The notes below the pieces were generated by a model. The model was given only the letters and a program-made list of their open reading frames with translations. It ran no database searches and was not told the DNA's origin. DNA of 64,000 nt from Eubacteriales bacterium (GTDB lineage: Bacteria; Bacillota; Clostridia; Oscillospirales; CAG-272): contig JAZNCH010000002.1 of the NCBI GenBank assembly GCA_045587445.1, positions 35,506 through 99,505 on the forward strand. Reading direction: 5' to 3'. This document shows, in pieces, positions 10,046 to 19,908 of this stretch. Position numbers and translations under genes: made by a program. Position 1 is the stretch's first letter; every line of letters starts with the position of its first letter.

Positions 10046-11533
10046 GTGAGACGAATTGGTTTTGACAATGATGAATACATAAGAAAGCAGTCCGAGCAAA
10101 TTGCAAAAAGAATTTCGGAATTCGGCGGCAAGCTTTACCTTGAATTCGGCGGTAAGCTCTTCGACGACTATCACGCAGCCCGCGTACTTCCGGGCTTTAA
10201 ACCCGACAGTAAACTCCAAACACTTAAAAATATAGCCAAAGACGTTGAAATAGTTATAGTAATCAGCTCATGCGATATAGAAAACTCAAAAATCAGACGC
10301 GATATTGGCATTTCCTACGATAACGACGTTTTAAGACTTATAGATGCATTTAGAGAATTCGGTCTCTTTGTGGGAAGCGTTGTAATTTCAAAATACGATA
10401 ACCAGCCGTCAGCTAAAAAGTTTATGGAAAGACTAAAGGCTCTCGGCATCAAGACCTATGTTCATTATCCAATCACGGGTTATCCATATGATGTAACGCA
10501 TATTGTAAGCCCCGAGGGCTTCGGTAAGAATGAATATATTGAAACCGAAAGGCCACTCGTTGTCGTAACCGCCCCCGGTCCCGGAAGCGGTAAGATGGCT
10601 ACCTGTCTTTCACAGCTCTATCATGAAAACGAAAGAGGTATCAAAGCCGGTTACGCAAAGTTTGAGACATTCCCTATATGGAATATTCCTTTGAAGCACC
10701 CCGTTAACCTTGCCTACGAAGCGGCAACGGCTGACCTTGACGATATTAATATGATTGACCCCTATCACCTTGAGGCATACGGCGAGACGGCAGTAAACTA
10801 CAACAGAGACGTTGAAGTTTTTCCTGTTCTTAACGCTATGTTTGAGAGAATCAAGGGCGAAAGCCCCTACAAATCTCCTACCGATATGGGCGTAAATATG
10901 GCGGGATATTGCATAGTCGATGATAATGCTGTAAGAGACGCCTCAAATCAGGAAATAATCCGCCGTTACTTTGCTGCCCTCTGCGACCAACGCTACGGGA
11001 AAGTTAAACCCTCCGTTGTTGAAAAAATAGAAGTGTTGATGAATCAGGCAAAAATATCAACAGATGACAGAAAGACCGTTAAATCGGCAATTGCCCGTTC
11101 AATTGATACGAACAATCAACCCGCCGTTGCAATTGAGCTCAACGACGGCAGAATAGTTACCGGGAAAACATCAAAACTTCTCGGTGCCGCATCGGCAGCA
11201 CTTCTTAACGCAGTAAAAGCTCTTGCAGAGTTGCCCAAAGAAACTATGATGATCGCCCCCGAAACAATTGAGCCTATTCAAAAGCTGAAAACGAATACTT
11301 TGGGGAACCATAACCCCAGACTCCACACAGACGAAGCATTGATAGCCCTTGCGATTTCGGCATCAACCGACGACGTTGCGAAATTGGCAATGGAACAGCT
11401 TGAAAAGCTTCGCGGCTGTCAGGCACATTCAACAGTTATTCTTTCACCTATTGACAATGACGTCTACAGAAAACTCGGCATTGATTTAACCTGCGAACCG
11501 CAGTATAACACCAAAAAGCTTTATCATAAGTAA
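10046..11533 (+). CDS. UPF0371/DUF1846 family protein
   Basis: The N-terminus RRIGFDNDEYIRKQSEQI...GGKLFDDYHAARVLPGF is typical of the family. The track starts at TTG 10037, which abuts the GGAG. GTG 10046 has better spacing. Confidence 0.8.
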   Translation: MRRIGFDNDEYIRKQSEQIAKRISEFGGKLYLEFGGKLFDDYHAARVLPGFKPDSKLQTLKNIAKDVEIVIVISSCDIENSKIRRDIGISYDNDVLRLIDAFREFGLFVGSVVISKYDNQPSAKKFMERLKALGIKTYVHYPITGYPYDVTHIVSPEGFGKNEYIETERPLVVVTAPGPGSGKMATCLSQLYHENERGIKAGYAKFETFPIWNIPLKHPVNLAYEAATADLDDINMIDPYHLEAYGETAVNYNRDVEVFPVLNAMFERIKGESPYKSPTDMGVNMAGYCIVDDNAVRDASNQEIIRRYFAALCDQRYGKVKPSVVEKIEVLMNQAKISTDDRKTVKSAIARSIDTNNQPAVAIELNDGRIVTGKTSKLLGAASAALLNAVKALAELPKETMMIAPETIEPIQKLKTNTLGNHNPRLHTDEALIALAISASTDDVAKLAMEQLEKLRGCQAHSTVILSPIDNDVYRKLGIDLTCEPQYNTKKLYHK

Positions 11534-11542
11534 TATAAAACG

Positions 11543-11583
11543 TAAGTGTGCACGGGCGAATCCCGTGCACACTTATGTTTTAT
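11543..11583 (+). terminator. intrinsic terminator after the DUF1846 gene
   Basis: A 14-bp perfect stem, taagtgtgcacggg/cccgtgcacactta, is followed by tgtttt. Confidence 0.8.
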
Positions 11584-11587
11584 ACAC

Positions 11588-11616
11588 AAAAAGCACTTCA
11601 TATTGAGGTGCTTTTT
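11588..11616 (-). terminator. intrinsic terminator after rex
   Basis: The hairpin gcacttc/gaggtgc is flanked by A5 and T5. On the minus strand it is followed by TTTTTG. Confidence 0.7.
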
Positions 11617-11622
11617 AAATTA

Positions 11623-12243
11623 TTATTCTTTAATCAAAACATTCAGATATGCCAAAGACAATGCAAGGTTTTCTTGCTGAACAATAATGTTTTCGGGAAC
11701 ATTCAACGATGCCGAACCAAAGTTCCATATCGCCTTTATGCCACACTCAACCATTTCATCGCACACCTCTTGAGCTACCGATGCCGGAACAGTTATTATA
11801 CCTATATTAATATTGTTTTCAAGACAAAATTTCTTGAATTCTTTTGCCGAATAAATCTGCTTTCCGCCGGCATATGTACCAATCTTGCCCTTGTCAGTAT
11901 CAAACGCAGCTACAATATCTACTCCAAAATCGCTGAATCCGGAATATCCCAACAATGCACAACCAAGCTTGCCCGCTCCCACTATAACAGCACGGTTTGT
12001 CTTGTCAACATTTTCAAGATATTCGCCAAGCTTTGACATAAGCTCATCTTTTTCATAGCCAACCTTTGGCTTTCCTTCGCCGCTTATCATCTGCAAATCT
12101 TTTCTTACCAAAACGTCGCCAAGCTTAAGATTAGATGCAATCTTTGTTGCAGATATGTATTTTTCTTCTGCAGGCATAGCCTTCAAATATTTCAAATAAA
12201 CGGGAACTCTTCCCAATGTCGCACGCGATACCTTTTTTCTCAT
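11623..12243 (-). CDS. rex: redox-sensing transcriptional repressor Rex
   Basis: 206 aa. An N-terminal wHTH (ATLGRVPVYLKYL) is followed by a Rossmann motif VIVGAGKLGCALLGY. Confidence 0.9.
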   Translation of the reverse strand: MRKKVSRATLGRVPVYLKYLKAMPAEEKYISATKIASNLKLGDVLVRKDLQMISGEGKPKVGYEKDELMSKLGEYLENVDKTNRAVIVGAGKLGCALLGYSGFSDFGVDIVAAFDTDKGKIGTYAGGKQIYSAKEFKKFCLENNINIGIITVPASVAQEVCDEMVECGIKAIWNFGSASLNVPENIIVQQENLALSLAYLNVLIKE

Positions 12244-12429
12244 AATAGATTACCTCGCATTTCGCTGTTTAATACGCGGAAAAAGCTTACTTTTTCAGTA
12301 GTTTTTTCCGTTATCCCACGCAAATTTTTTTATTATGTTAATTATATCACTACTTTTCACTTTTGGGAATGATAAAAGAGGCATATCATTATATATATAT
12401 TGATATACCTCTTATTTATACTATTATAT

Positions 12430-13347
12430 TTAATGGGTCGGTTTGGTCTTGTGCAATTCCTCAATAAACAGCATATCAAGCTTCGAAAGCTTGTAATCCT
12501 TTTTATATATAAGTACATCTTTGTATAAAGTCTTACTGTCATCACATTTCTTTTCCACAAGTCCGTAACATTTTAAAAGCTTTTCGGGCATCGGAGATAC
12601 CCACACAAAAGTCTGTTTGTTTTCTGAAAGAAGGTCGAGCTTACTGGCTCTTTCAAACACAAATATCCGCCTATCGTTCTCGCTGATTACCTCGTTCTTC
12701 TTCGCATCTGTGATAGGCAATGACGGAATCGACGAATCCGCGTGCGTTATTTCAATATACGAAGACAATTCCGACATCTTTACCTTTTCTTTGGAGGCTA
12801 ACGGACTGTCCTTATGTATAACCAGTCTATAATGGAACTCTGTTATATCCTCTACGTTCAGCCCCTTTTCTTCAAGCATTATTTTATAATACTTGTCATA
12901 TTCCTTTGCATATCTTACTATTCCAAGATTATAATCCGATGCAAGAATATTATTTATTGCTCGCCAAGAGTTAGTTTCCTTGTAGAAAACCTCGGCATTG
13001 GTCGTGTCAATATATTTGGAAAAACGCGAAAATGCCTCGGAAATATATCCCGAGCGGGGAGCAGAAACCGAAAACTTTTGTTTTTGAGCTTTTCCGTGCT
13101 TATATATATGCTCAACAGCATCTATCTGGTGCAAAATCTGTTGGGCATAGTTCAAAAATTCTCTACCCTCAATAGTCAGCACCATTCCCTTTGCAGAACG
13201 GTCAAATATTGTTATACCAAGGTCAGCCTCAAGGTCTTTTATCGCTCGGCTTAAGTTAGGTTGAGCAACAAAAAGCACCTCGGCAGCCTTATTAATAGCC
13301 CCCGCCTTTGCAACCTCTACTGCGTATTTCATATGAAGTATATTCAT
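12430..13347 (-). CDS. LysR-family transcriptional regulator
   Basis: The LysR HTH begins at MNILHMKYAVEVAKAGAINKAAEVLFVAQPNLSRAIKDLE. That internal ATG (13347) is preferred over the track start at 13368. Confidence 0.8.
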   Translation of the reverse strand: MNILHMKYAVEVAKAGAINKAAEVLFVAQPNLSRAIKDLEADLGITIFDRSAKGMVLTIEGREFLNYAQQILHQIDAVEHIYKHGKAQKQKFSVSAPRSGYISEAFSRFSKYIDTTNAEVFYKETNSWRAINNILASDYNLGIVRYAKEYDKYYKIMLEEKGLNVEDITEFHYRLVIHKDSPLASKEKVKMSELSSYIEITHADSSIPSLPITDAKKNEVISENDRRIFVFERASKLDLLSENKQTFVWVSPMPEKLLKCYGLVEKKCDDSKTLYKDVLIYKKDYKLSKLDMLFIEELHKTKPTH

Positions 13348-13381
13348 AAAGCACGCCCTCCCATCCACAATTGACTATAAA

Positions 13382-13924
13382 TCAAAGAACATAACTGTTA
13401 TATTCTTTTCCTTCAAGGTTTTTCCAATATAGCTTATTACCATCAAGCACCATATAAGAATGTTCGGAATTTTCTTTCGGGATAGATACCGAACCGGGAT
13501 TCAAAATCAAAATTCCGTCTTCCTCATAGCACTTTGGTATATGAATATGACCAAAAAGCAATGCGTCTCCCTTTTGCAGCGGGGGTAGATTATCGGGACC
13601 GTATTTATGACCGTGAGTAGCGTAAATCATTCTGTCTCCCACGGTTATAACGCCATAATCCGCAAGAACAGGGAATTTCAGAACCATTTGGTCGACTTCG
13701 GTATCGCAATTGCCCCTAACGCACATTATTCTATCTTTCATATTATTCAAAAGTTCAATAACCTTTTTCGGTGCATATTCCTTCGGTAAATCATTTCTCG
13801 GACCATGATATAATACATCCCCCAAAATCAACAGCTTGTCCGCCTTTTCTCTCTCGAATGCACAAAGCAGCTTTTCGCAATAATAAGCAGAACCGTGTAT
13901 GTCCGATGCTATAAGCCATTTCAT
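13382..13924 (-). CDS. YfcE/MJ0936-family metallophosphoesterase
   Basis: 180 aa with motifs SDIHG, LGDVLYHGPRN, GNCD, THGH and GHIH. Confidence 0.85.
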   Translation of the reverse strand: MKWLIASDIHGSAYYCEKLLCAFEREKADKLLILGDVLYHGPRNDLPKEYAPKKVIELLNNMKDRIMCVRGNCDTEVDQMVLKFPVLADYGVITVGDRMIYATHGHKYGPDNLPPLQKGDALLFGHIHIPKCYEEDGILILNPGSVSIPKENSEHSYMVLDGNKLYWKNLEGKEYNSYVL

Positions 13925-14028
13925 AATAACTGACCTCTCACTAATATATCATTTTATATATAGTATAACAAACACAGATTGCAAAGTCAACAACTTAGTT
14001 ACAACAAATTTTCCACAACAAAAACAAA

Positions 14029-14059
14029 TATCCACCTTTTTTATTACAAAAGGTGGATA
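14029..14059 (-). terminator. intrinsic terminator after the acyl-ACP thioesterase gene
   Basis: A 12-bp perfect stem, tatccacctttt/aaaaggtggata, is followed by a T-rich tail on the minus strand. Confidence 0.8.
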
Positions 14060-14074
14060 CCAATTATTATATTT

Positions 14075-14797
14075 TTATCTTCTGTCGATCATAATCAGAC
14101 TTTCGGAATTGACGCTTCCGTCATCTCTTACAGTTCTGAAATAATAACCGTCTTCGTCTTCGCCGCGATATATTTTTACAGTTGCTCCAAAAGGCGCTTC
14201 TGCCTGATAGTTTATAACAGCGGTAATAACTCTGTTGTTCTTGACATTAGGCAGATAATCGCAATACACATCAAGATATTTGGTATTATTCATATGCATA
14301 TTTACATCTGTATCACTGTAACTAACCGTATATTCACCGATAAGCCCAAGCTCAACTCCGTCGGGTATTCTGAACCTTGCCGGCATATCAAGCTCAAGCA
14401 TATTTGGTTCGGTGTCAAAACCAAACTCTATATCGGTTACTCGAATCAGTCTTTTCGTCATTATATCGACAAGTGCAAACACCGCAACCATCTCTGCAAC
14501 CAAATCTTCGTCTCTGAACACTCTTGAACAACGGTAAAAGCTTACCCCTTTGCTCTCAACCGCCCACGTCTCAACACGTATTTCATCAAATGCATAGAGC
14601 TCTCTGTAAAAGCTGAGGTTTATTTTGCTGAGAATAAATGCTTTGTTATCAGCTCTAAGCTCATCATTTGACGGGCCGTATTTCTTCATTTGAAGATTTG
14701 CTGTTTCGTGCATATAACGAAGTATTTCCGACGTTCTTACAACGCCGTTGAAATCACAGTTGTGGCTACTGATTCTATAATTTTCCGTGTAGATCAT
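14075..14797 (-). CDS. acyl-ACP thioesterase family protein
   Basis: 240 aa of double hot-dog type. The N-terminus YRISSHNCDFNGVVRTSEILRYMHETA resembles the FatA/B-like bacterial thioesterase family. Confidence 0.7.
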   Translation of the reverse strand: MIYTENYRISSHNCDFNGVVRTSEILRYMHETANLQMKKYGPSNDELRADNKAFILSKINLSFYRELYAFDEIRVETWAVESKGVSFYRCSRVFRDEDLVAEMVAVFALVDIMTKRLIRVTDIEFGFDTEPNMLELDMPARFRIPDGVELGLIGEYTVSYSDTDVNMHMNNTKYLDVYCDYLPNVKNNRVITAVINYQAEAPFGATVKIYRGEDEDGYYFRTVRDDGSVNSESLIMIDRR

Positions 14798-14829
14798 AAA
14801 CCAAAATCCGCACTCCTATTAGGCTCTAA

Positions 14830-15795
14830 TTACATTTTGCCGTTTGAACCGAGAACGTTAACAATCTTGTGAGCAACCATCTTGCGAACTTCTTCTCTAC
14901 CAACCTTAAGATATTCTCTGGGGTCGAATGCAGAAGGATTTTCAGCAAATACTCTGCGTACACCGGCTGTCATAGCAAGTCTGATGTCAGAGTCAATGTT
15001 GATCTTACATACTGCCATACCTGCAGCTTTTCTAAGCTGTTCTTCGGGAATACCGATAGCATCGGGCATCTTTCCGCCCTTTTCGTTGATTTCCTTAACT
15101 GCTTCCTGAGATACGGAAGAAGCACCGTGAAGAACAATCGGGAATCCGGGAAGTCTCTTTTCAACTTCTTCAAGAATGTCAAAACGAAGCGGAGGGGGAA
15201 CGAGTATACCCTTTTCGTTTCTTGTGCACTGCGCGGGTGTGAACTTGTATGCGCCGTGGCTTGTACCAATCGCAATTGCGAGTGAGTCAACACCTGTACG
15301 GCTAACAAATTCTTCAACTTCTTCCGGACGTGTATATGAAGAATCTTCTGCAGATACCTTAACTTCATCTTCAACGCCTGCAAGTCTGCCAAGCTCACCT
15401 TCAACAACGCAACCGTGTGCATGAGCGTATTCAACTACTTTCTTTGTAACCGCAATATTGTCCTCAAATGAGTGGTGAGAACCGTCAATCATAACAGATG
15501 TAAAGCCGCCGTCAATGCAAGCCTTACAAATTTCAAAATCTGCACCGTGGTCAAGGTGAAGAGCAATGTCAACGCCCGTGTCCTTGATAGCAGCATGAGC
15601 CAAAGCCATAAGATATTCGTGCTTAGCATACTTTCTTGCGCCTGCCGATACCTGAAGAACTACGGGAGAATTAAGCTCCTGCGCTGCTTCTGTAATAGCC
15701 TGAACAATTTCCATATTGTTGATGTTAAATGCACCGATAGCGTAACCGCCTTCGTATGCCTTTTTAAACATCTCCTTTGTTGTAACTAATGCCAT
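14830..15795 (-). CDS. fba: class II fructose-1,6-bisphosphate aldolase
   Basis: 321 aa with GAFNINNMEIVQAI, HLDHG and the class II aldolase metal-ligand pattern. Confidence 0.9.
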   Translation of the reverse strand: MALVTTKEMFKKAYEGGYAIGAFNINNMEIVQAITEAAQELNSPVVLQVSAGARKYAKHEYLMALAHAAIKDTGVDIALHLDHGADFEICKACIDGGFTSVMIDGSHHSFEDNIAVTKKVVEYAHAHGCVVEGELGRLAGVEDEVKVSAEDSSYTRPEEVEEFVSRTGVDSLAIAIGTSHGAYKFTPAQCTRNEKGILVPPPLRFDILEEVEKRLPGFPIVLHGASSVSQEAVKEINEKGGKMPDAIGIPEEQLRKAAGMAVCKINIDSDIRLAMTAGVRRVFAENPSAFDPREYLKVGREEVRKMVAHKIVNVLGSNGKM

Positions 15796-15978
15796 AATTT
15801 ACACTCCTTATATTAATAAATATATTATTATTTTCCTATCCAGTCTATTTTAGCCCAAAATCGTCTCTAAATCAAGTACTTTACAAAGATTTACATAAAA
15901 TTTTGTTAATTTTTTACAAAGCATGTTATTAACGTGCAGTACTTCGGCAAAAGTTACCGTTAATTTGCAATTAATTAT

Positions 15979-16263
15979 TTAATCAGATATTTTATCAGCG
16001 TATAATAATGCTTCGGCTGTTATTCTAATACCTATGCTAAATCCCTCGCTGAATGCTTCATCTATACTTTGACGGTTCATTTCTTCCAAAAGTGCAACAT
16101 ATTCATCATATACTTCCTTTTGATTATCTTGAAGAATTTTTTCGAGCTTTTCTCTGCTTCGAAACATATTTCTTTCGGCAATTTTTAAATTTCTGTTATT
16201 TACACCAAAATTTGCTTCAAGTTCAAAATCATTTTTCCAAATCTTATCAATTATTTTTGTCAT
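15979..16263 (-). CDS. small helical hypothetical protein (accessory, divergent from the XRE regulator)
   Basis: ATG 16263 (MTKIIDKIW...) is preceded by GGAG at 8 nt. The track start at 16320 has no RBS. The C-terminal motif AFSEGFSIGIRITAEAL recalls small proteins found next to XRE genes in Firmicute mobile elements (from memory). Confidence 0.6.
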   Translation of the reverse strand: MTKIIDKIWKNDFELEANFGVNNRNLKIAERNMFRSREKLEKILQDNQKEVYDEYVALLEEMNRQSIDEAFSEGFSIGIRITAEALLYADKISD

Positions 16264-16290
16264 AAACTTTTCTCCTTTTTTAATAATTAT

Positions 16291-16328
16291 AACACCATTT
16301 GGTGTTATTGTCAACACCAAGTGGTGTT
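16291..16328. promoter_or_regulatory. twin palindromic operators AACACC-N4-GGTGTT (16291-16306 and 16313-16328)
   Basis: Two 16-bp palindromes lie with centres 22 bp apart in the 107-bp divergent spacer between the XRE gene and the small helical gene. Confidence 0.6.
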
Positions 16329-16370
16329 TTGGTGTATTATATTTTTAGAAACATTGTGGAGGTAAAGAAA

Positions 16371-16580
16371 ATGAACATTTATCCTCGTATTAAGGACTTG
16401 AGAGAAGATTTTGACAAAACGCAAAAAGAAATAGCCCTCTTCTTAAAAATGCAACCAACAGTATATCAAAGATACGAAAGAGGGGAAAGAGAAATACCTC
16501 TTTGGGCAGCAATAGAATTAGCTCGATATTACAAAGTATCTCTTGATTATCTTGTAGGAAATTCGAATAATAAAAACTAA
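16371..16580 (+). CDS. XRE-family helix-turn-helix transcriptional regulator
   Basis: ATG 16371 follows a GGAGG RBS. The 69-aa product carries a Cro/CI-type HTH (KTQKEIALFLKMQPTVYQRYERGEREIPL). Confidence 0.85.
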   Translation: MNIYPRIKDLREDFDKTQKEIALFLKMQPTVYQRYERGEREIPLWAAIELARYYKVSLDYLVGNSNNKN

Positions 16581-16717
16581 AACAATTGATATATAACAAA
16601 AAACTTCTCCGGTGGGAGAAGCCACAATGTAATACAAAACCACCAAACTAATAAGTTACCGTTTTTAACAAAACAGAGGGGATATGGGCTTCGCCTATAT
16701 CCCCTCTTCAACAAAAA

Positions 16718-16741
16718 CCGCGTACGTTTTTCACATACGCG
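16718..16741 (-). terminator. intrinsic terminator after the 106-aa ORF
   Basis: The stem ccgcgta/tacgcgg is followed by TTTTTG on the minus strand. Two further hairpins lie at 16604-16621 and 16675-16708. Confidence 0.6.
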
Positions 16742-16750
16742 GAATTTTTA

Positions 16751-17071
16751 TTACTTTTCCTCTTTATTTAAGCGGTCGAGCCAGATAAGACCTATATCCA
16801 TCGCATCAAAGAGTCCGTTTCTGTCAAACTGTTTTACTACTCTTTCGTGCGGCGGCTTCGTAGTATCTGTGCTAAGTACCTGCAAAATAATCTTGTCGGG
16901 TACTTCAACGTCATTTCCTTTTTCGTCTTTTACAGTCTTGTTGCTCAAAACCATCATAAACAATACGTATTTATCGGACATACTTCCGTAACAGAATGTA
17001 TTTCCCTCTCTCAAAAGGGGCTTTCCTCTGAATATCAAATTCTGTCCTTCAACAAACTTAGCTTCTGCCAT
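16751..17071 (-). CDS. hypothetical protein
   Basis: 106 aa. An AAGGAGG RBS precedes it and a hairpin with a T-run follows it. I recognise no family. Confidence 0.55.
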   Translation of the reverse strand: MAEAKFVEGQNLIFRGKPLLREGNTFCYGSMSDKYVLFMMVLSNKTVKDEKGNDVEVPDKIILQVLSTDTTKPPHERVVKQFDRNGLFDAMDIGLIWLDRLNKEEK

Positions 17072-17234
17072 ATATTTTCGCCTCCTTGGACATTCTCATA
17101 ATCATTATTACATATATAATACTACAAATTCACCGTTATGTCAAGAATATGCCAAAATCAACCTAACGCATTTTTATAGCTTTGTCAATTTCATCTTTAT
17201 TCAGCGTAAGATTGATAATCTTTATTCGATATAC

Positions 17235-18383
17235 TCATATTTGAGCAGCTATATACGGTTTCTTTTTCAAAAATTCGTCGGCACTTTTTGTCTTTTCGCA
17301 CATAAGCGTAAGCAAATTTTCTGCCGCAAGATTAAATTCTGCCTGTTTTCTTGCGTCCTCTGCCGCCCTTTTATAGTGCGATGGCTTGGTAAATATTTCG
17401 ATACTCCCCTCTTTTTGTATCCTTCTTACAAGCTTCCTGCCTTGGTCGTTACACGCTAAAACTTGTGTATATTGGGGAAGTGTCTTCAGCATATCGGTAT
17501 ATACTCCTGTCATACCGTGAAGTATGCACCGCCTTATTTTTGCGTTGGTATATGATTTGCCGGACAATTTCGAAATAAGCTCAGTCAAACATACGCTTTC
17601 CTTTGCCGCTTTGACCAGTCTTTCGGCAATTCCATTAGTCATTCCCTCGTATTTTTCAAGAGCTTTCGGGTTTGCATTTCTGTAAAAAGCAAGTATAGCT
17701 TTTTCGGCATATCCAATACCGTATTTGTCCTGTCTCTCAAAAAGTAAGGCTACATCGTTCGGTATCATATCAAAGCTATTTTCTTCCCATATTCGCTTTC
17801 GCGTTTCCGTTGCTGAAAAACCAACCTCGCGTTTATATGTTACGGGAATAATACTGCTGTTCAGCTTTTTCAAAGCACTTATATATTCTACACCCAATAT
17901 GTCGTTAGGTTTTACCGCAATAGATTCACCGTACAGCCTCTTATACACGTCTCCACGCAAAGATGCAAAAGGTTTATCTTTGTTTTTCTTGTCTTCTCTT
18001 GCATTTTTCATTATAAGGTCAAATTCGTCCGACAATAATCTTTCGCTTATCTGCGACAGCAAATCTATGTCTCCCGATTCACTTCCAAAACAAATCTCGT
18101 CAACAACGCCGAGTGAGTTTGCAATACACACTCCGCCAAAGGCAAAATGCTCCGCCGCCGAGCAAGAATAGGGGTATGGCAGTTCAAGTACAAGGTCAGC
18201 ACCGGATTTCACAGCCGCTTCAGCTCTGATATACTTATCATATATTGCCGCTTCTCCGCGCTGAACAAAACCGCCGCTCATTATGCATATAATGTCGTTT
18301 CCCTTTTGCTTGACAGCGTCAATTTGCACTTTGTGTCCGCAATGAAAGGGGTTATATTCGCAAATTATAGCCGTTGTTTTCAT
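17235..18383 (-). CDS. tmcAL: tRNA(Met) cytidine acetate ligase TmcAL (YlbM/UPF0348 nucleotidyltransferase)
   Basis: The N-terminus AIICEYNPFHCGHKVQI carries the HxGH nucleotidyltransferase motif. At 382 aa it matches the YlbM family length. Confidence 0.8.
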   Translation of the reverse strand: MKTTAIICEYNPFHCGHKVQIDAVKQKGNDIICIMSGGFVQRGEAAIYDKYIRAEAAVKSGADLVLELPYPYSCSAAEHFAFGGVCIANSLGVVDEICFGSESGDIDLLSQISERLLSDEFDLIMKNAREDKKNKDKPFASLRGDVYKRLYGESIAVKPNDILGVEYISALKKLNSSIIPVTYKREVGFSATETRKRIWEENSFDMIPNDVALLFERQDKYGIGYAEKAILAFYRNANPKALEKYEGMTNGIAERLVKAAKESVCLTELISKLSGKSYTNAKIRRCILHGMTGVYTDMLKTLPQYTQVLACNDQGRKLVRRIQKEGSIEIFTKPSHYKRAAEDARKQAEFNLAAENLLTLMCEKTKSADEFLKKKPYIAAQI

Positions 18384-18441
18384 ATTATTGATTATTTTTT
18401 TCCTTATAATTTCTTTTTTTATGAAAAATGTCTTTAATGTC

Positions 18442-18470
18442 TTGCATTTTTTTAGAAAATACTGTAAAAT
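18442..18470 (+). promoter_or_regulatory. candidate sigma-A promoter of ackA (TTGCAT-17-TAAAAT)
   Basis: Near-consensus hexamers with a 17-bp spacer, about 80 bp upstream of ackA. Confidence 0.5.
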
Positions 18471-18549
18471 AAGATGATTACAGTTTATTATACCATACTT
18501 TTGAAAAAATAAAAATACTTTTTCATAAATTTTTTGGAGGTTTTACAAA

Positions 18550-19752
18550 ATGAATGTACTTGTTGTAAACGCAGGAAGTTCCTCTCTTAAGTATCAGCTT
18601 TTTGATACAAGCAAAAACGCAGTTCTCGCAAAGGGTATTTGCGAAAGAATCGGTATCGGCGGTAAAATTGAGCACAAAATCGACGACCGTAAGTATACAG
18701 AAGAAACACCTATCCCCAATCACACGGTTGCAACTCAGCTTGTTATTAAGTATCTTACTGATGCGGAAATGGGTTGTGTTAAGAGCATGAGCGAAATTGA
18801 AGCAGTTGGTCATAGAATCGTACACGGCGGCGAATATTTCTCTGAGTCTATGCTTCTCACAGACGAAACTCTTGAAAAGCTTGAACTCTGCCGCGACCTC
18901 GCCCCCCTTCACACAGGTGCTCACATTATGGGTATTCAGGGTTGTCTTGAAGCTATGCCCGGTGTTCCCCAAGTTCTCGTATTCGACACAGCTTTCCACC
19001 AGACAATGAGCAAGCAGGCTTATATGTACGGTCTTCCCTACGAAATGTACGAAAAGTACCACGTTCGCCGTTACGGTGCTCACGGTACCTCTCACAGATA
19101 CGTTGCTGCTGAAGCTGCAAAGCTTCTCGACAAGCCCGTTGAAGAAACAAAAATTATCACTTGCCATATCGGTAACGGTTCTTCAATTTCTGCCGTTAAG
19201 GGCGGTAAGTGCATAGACACAAGTATGGGCTTTACTCCTCTTGCAGGTATCCTTATGGGTACTCGTTGCGGTGATATAGACCCCGCTATCGTTACTTACA
19301 TTATGAAGAACGAAGGCTTCACCCCCGACGAAATGAGCGACTATATGAACAAGAAGTGCGGTTTCCTCGGTCTTTCCGGTATATCCTCCGATGCCCGCGA
19401 CATTGAAGCCGCTATCCTCGAAGGCAACGAAAGAGCTGAACTCGCAGCTACAACTCTTGCATATCAGATCAAGAGATACATCGGCGCTTACACAGCAGCT
19501 ATGGACGGTGTTGATGCAGTTATCTTCACAGCAGGTATGGGTGAAAACAACCCCGAACTCCGCGAAAGAGTTTGCACAGACCTCGAAAACTTCGGCATTA
19601 AGCTTGACCTTGAGCTTAATGCGAAGACAAAGGTTCAGCCCAACAACGTACTCATTTCTACTCCCGATTCCAAGATTAAGGTTTACGTTATTCCTACAAA
19701 CGAAGAGCTCGTTATCGCATCTGATACAGAAAAAATCGTTAAGGCTCTTTAA
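18550..19752 (+). CDS. ackA: acetate kinase
   Basis: 400 aa. The N-terminus is MNVLVVNAGSSSLKYQLFD, and ASKHA-fold motifs continue along the protein. Confidence 0.95.
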   Translation: MNVLVVNAGSSSLKYQLFDTSKNAVLAKGICERIGIGGKIEHKIDDRKYTEETPIPNHTVATQLVIKYLTDAEMGCVKSMSEIEAVGHRIVHGGEYFSESMLLTDETLEKLELCRDLAPLHTGAHIMGIQGCLEAMPGVPQVLVFDTAFHQTMSKQAYMYGLPYEMYEKYHVRRYGAHGTSHRYVAAEAAKLLDKPVEETKIITCHIGNGSSISAVKGGKCIDTSMGFTPLAGILMGTRCGDIDPAIVTYIMKNEGFTPDEMSDYMNKKCGFLGLSGISSDARDIEAAILEGNERAELAATTLAYQIKRYIGAYTAAMDGVDAVIFTAGMGENNPELRERVCTDLENFGIKLDLELNAKTKVQPNNVLISTPDSKIKVYVIPTNEELVIASDTEKIVKAL

Positions 19753-19770
19753 TCTAAATCCAATAATTTT

Positions 19771-19809
19771 AAAGTTCCGCTTGTGTAAAACCTCAAGCGG
19801 AACTTTTTT
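19771..19809 (+). terminator. intrinsic terminator after ackA
   Basis: The stem aaagttccgcttg/caagcggaacttt is followed by T-run ttttttg. Confidence 0.85.
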
Positions 19810-19908
19810 GCTAAAAACAGCACATACTTGCATTATCTTTGAATATATGTTATAATACCGAAAAACTTTTACTCCATTTATTATAAAAAGCACCGAGGTA
19901 TATAAAAA

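Noticed and set aside
15903-15920. Rex-operator-like TTGTTAATTTTTTACAAA upstream of fba.
   Set aside because: Only one half-site fits the TTGTTAA-N4-TTAACAA type consensus, and the second half has two mismatches. AT-rich promoter DNA produces such matches easily. I found no convincing Rex box upstream of rex either.
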